From: a virus | Taxonomy: Duplodnaviria > Caudoviricetes | Strand: one strand, 5' to 3' | Length of the DNA stretch: 25,609 nt | IMG/VR virus record: IMGVR_UViG_3300032226_000088 | Location: 1 to 25,609 of that record | The notes under the pieces: model-generated | What the model was told of the DNA's origin: nothing | The model's input: the letters and a program-made list of their open reading frames with translations, nothing else | The model's database searches: none | In this document: positions 23,231-25,609 of the stretch, in pieces | How the letters are laid out: each line of letters begins with the position of its first letter | How positions within the stretch are numbered: the stretch's first letter is position 1 | Position numbers and translations under genes: made by a program

Positions 23231-24469
23231 ATGGCTAATAATTTACTAACCATTAGCAAGATCACCAACGAAGCGTTGATGGTTTTGGAAAATGAATTAA
23301 CATTCACATCAGAAGTTGACCGTAACTATGACGACCAATTTGCAGTAGTAGGCGCAAAAATTGGTAACACAGTAAACGTTAGACGTCCTGGTCGTTTCAT
23401 CGGAACAACAGGCCCAGCATTAAACGTTGAAGATTTCAACGAAACATCAGTTCCTGTTACTTTATCAACACAATTCCACGTTGACACACAGTTTACAACT
23501 CAAGACTTAGCATTATCTTTAGATATGTTTAGCGACAGAGTTCTTAAACCAGCTGTGGCAGCTATTGCGAATAAGATTGACAGAGATGGTCTTACAACTG
23601 CTAAAAACAACACAGCTAATATCGTTGGCACAGCAGGCACAACTCCAACAAGCTTAATCACATACTTAACAGGTCAAGCGTTCCTTGATTCTGAAGGCGC
23701 TCCAAGAGATGGCCGCAGATCATGTATCGTTGAGCCATTTACATCTGCAACTATTGTTGACAGCTTAAAAGGTCTTTTCAATCCACAAACAGCTATCTCT
23801 GCTCAATACACTAAAGGTTTAATGGGTCGTGATTCAGGCGGTATGAATTGGAAATTAGATCAAAACGTTGTTTCACAAACTTTTGGTTCTTATTCAACTT
23901 CTGTTTTATCATGTAACGTTACAACAGCAACAGGCTTCCTAACAAGTGGTTGGGCTTCAAGCTCTAACATCACTATTGGTGCAGCTACTGCTAATGCTTC
24001 ATTAAACCAAGGCGATGTAATTACTATTGCTGGCGTATATGGTGCTAACCCACAAAATCGTCAATCTTATGGTAAATTGCGTAACTTTGTTGTTAATGCA
24101 CCTGTAACTATTACTTCAAGCGGCACAGCTACAGTAAACGTTTCACCAGCTGTTATTACAGCAGGTCAATTCCAAAACGTAGTTGTAACTTCTTCAGGTT
24201 CACAAACAGTTACACCATTTAACAACACAGGTATCACATCACCACAAAACATCATTATGCACAAAAATGCGTTCACACTAGCAGTAGCTGATCTTGAGCT
24301 ACCTGACGGTGTTCACTTCGCTGGTCGTGCATCTGATAAGGAAATTGGTCTTTCAATGCGTGTTGTTCGTCAATACACAATTAACAATGACTCAATTCCT
24401 ACACGTCTTGATGTTTTATACGGTTGGGCCCCACTCTACCCTGAGTTAGCTTGCCGAGTAGCAGCTTAA
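23231..24469 (+). CDS. Major capsid protein, P22 gp5-like
   Basis: MANNLLT...IT.EAL.VLEN, KIGNTVNVRRP and RLDVLYGW motifs. Confidence 0.95.
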   Translation: MANNLLTISKITNEALMVLENELTFTSEVDRNYDDQFAVVGAKIGNTVNVRRPGRFIGTTGPALNVEDFNETSVPVTLSTQFHVDTQFTTQDLALSLDMFSDRVLKPAVAAIANKIDRDGLTTAKNNTANIVGTAGTTPTSLITYLTGQAFLDSEGAPRDGRRSCIVEPFTSATIVDSLKGLFNPQTAISAQYTKGLMGRDSGGMNWKLDQNVVSQTFGSYSTSVLSCNVTTATGFLTSGWASSSNITIGAATANASLNQGDVITIAGVYGANPQNRQSYGKLRNFVVNAPVTITSSGTATVNVSPAVITAGQFQNVVVTSSGSQTVTPFNNTGITSPQNIIMHKNAFTLAVADLELPDGVHFAGRASDKEIGLSMRVVRQYTINNDSIPTRLDVLYGWAPLYPELACRVAA

Positions 24470-24482
24470 GTAATGTAACGGT

Positions 24483-24508
24483 GAGAGGGTGTAAAAGCCC
24501 TCTCTATT
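24483..24508 (+). terminator. Hairpin after the coat gene (leaky terminator or stability element)
   Basis: GAGAGGGT-GTAAAA-GCCCTCTC followed by only TATT. Confidence 0.6.
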
Positions 24509-24534
24509 AATCAAACAGAAAAGGAAAATTTATT

Positions 24535-24957
24535 ATGGCAAATCCAGGCCCAGCAGTAACCTCCAGCGCACATCCGCAGTTAGTCGGAACGAACCAAGCA
24601 CTACGTTTGTTAGCTGTGTATCAAGGTGTTAATGCTAATACTACAACTGATGCAGTATTACCAATCATCAACTCAACAGCTTACTCTGTTAAGTTTGTTA
24701 TTTTTACTAACGCTTCAATTAGCTTAACTACAGCTGCCGCAGGTTTATTTACTGCTCCAGCAGCAGGTGGAACAGCTATTGTTTCTAATGCAGCACTTTC
24801 AGCTTTAACTAGCTCTACTGTTGTTTCTGAAAGAACTGTAGCTACTACAGCTGTGCAAACAGCTCAAACTTTATACGTTGACATGGGAACTGTGCAAGGC
24901 GCAGCTGCAACATTTGATGTATATGTTTATGGTTTTGATTTAACTCAACAAAGCTAG
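24535..24957 (+). CDS. Putative virion protein (decoration/cement-like)
   Basis: Ala/Thr/Val-rich beta-type composition, immediately after the coat gene, strong RBS. Confidence 0.55.
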   Translation: MANPGPAVTSSAHPQLVGTNQALRLLAVYQGVNANTTTDAVLPIINSTAYSVKFVIFTNASISLTTAAAGLFTAPAAGGTAIVSNAALSALTSSTVVSERTVATTAVQTAQTLYVDMGTVQGAAATFDVYVYGFDLTQQS

Positions 24958-24977
24958 TAGATGTAATATAAGAGATT

Positions 24978-25006
24978 AAGCCATTAAATTTCTAATGGCT
25001 TTTTTT
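24978..25006 (+). terminator. Rho-independent terminator
   Basis: AAGCCATTA-AATTTC-TAATGGCTT followed by a T run. Confidence 0.8.
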
Positions 25007-25046
25007 CTATTAAAGTTTATAATTTAACTAATTCAAGGAAACAATC

Positions 25047-25394
25047 ATGGCTAATACCACAGTTTTAAGACCAGCAGGAAAAACCGCTGTCATCGCTGTT
25101 ACAGCTACATCTTCAACCTCAATCACTATTGACGATACAACTAACGATCAAGTTACTTTTGCTACATTTTTAAATGCTGGCACTAAAGCTTGTGCTGTAA
25201 CCGTTTCTAGTTTAGCTACTGCTCCAGCTTCAGTATTTCCTGTAGCAGGAACACCAGGTGATTTTGTATTACCAGCAAGTATGACACTTCCAATAACATT
25301 AGCAGTTCCAACAGTTCCGTTTCAAATTACAGCAATTTGTGGTGGATCAGATACAACCACACTATATGTAACGCCTGTTGTCGATCAATCTTAA
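25047..25394 (+). CDS. Putative virion structural protein
   Basis: 115 aa, Thr/Ala/Val-rich, AAGGA RBS. Confidence 0.55.
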   Translation: MANTTVLRPAGKTAVIAVTATSSTSITIDDTTNDQVTFATFLNAGTKACAVTVSSLATAPASVFPVAGTPGDFVLPASMTLPITLAVPTVPFQITAICGGSDTTTLYVTPVVDQS

Positions 25395-25403
25395 GGAAAT
25401 ATA

Positions 25404-25609
25404 ATGACTAGTCCTGCTCAATCCACAATTCAGAATTTATTGCCTGTTCAGGCATATTTTGACTTACAAGATAACTTTGTAACATTTATTGGGCAGAACA
25501 AGCCATTTTCAGCAACAATTGATCCTGACCAATCAGGATTAAACATTACAAGCAGCACGATCAATAGCACGACTATTGGTGCGTTAGTTCCATCGACAGG
25601 TAACTTTAC
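25404..25609 (+). CDS. 3'-truncated virion/fibre-like protein
   Basis: MTSPAQSTIQNLLPVQAYF...ITSSTINSTTIGALVPSTGNF. The I.S.TI..TTIG...PSTG.F motif is typical of fibre-like repeats. Runs off the window. Confidence 0.6.
   Translation, partial: MTSPAQSTIQNLLPVQAYFDLQDNFVTFIGQNKPFSATIDPDQSGLNITSSTINSTTIGALVPSTGNF

Noticed and set aside
1-25609. CRISPR array, tRNA, integrase/att site, IS element, intron/intein, diversity-generating retroelement, alternative genetic code
   Set aside because: I saw no repeat-spacer array, cloverleaf, recombinase, transposase or reverse transcriptase motifs by eye. TerL, portal and coat are uninterrupted and all three stop codons are used normally. tRNAscan/Infernal were not run.

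Overview
AT-rich (roughly mid-30s % GC by eye) segment of a tailed phage with a P22-like podovirus virion module and a lambdoid early region. It reads as most of a circularly permuted genome. Order: ejection proteins, tail fibre and lysis genes (+, 1-6858); a convergent terminator; a leftward early operon (-, 6916-11543: pqqA, DUF6378-like, SprT-like, metallophosphoesterase, cell-wall hydrolase, YqaJ exonuclease, Sak3 annealase); overlapping divergent promoters with two palindromic operators; a rightward operon (cro, replication O/P-like, ssb, TraR-like, ninB, ninG); small basic proteins with GroES; then terS, MTase, terL, portal, scaffold, coat and downstream virion genes. No integrase, CI repressor or Q antiterminator is visible. 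Main observations: (1) an unannotated 23-codon pqqA (PQQ precursor peptide) with RBS, terminator and flanking 11-bp direct repeats, sitting where int/attP usually lies and pointing to a Methylophilaceae host; (2) one, possibly two, non-structural-looking genes in the head module whose N-termini resemble the scaffold N-terminal motif (VTSxNxEE[FY]), a candidate capsid-targeting tag for packaged cargo; (3) a methyltransferase between terS and terL whose N-terminus duplicates that of TerL. Family assignments come from motifs recognised by eye, not from database searches.
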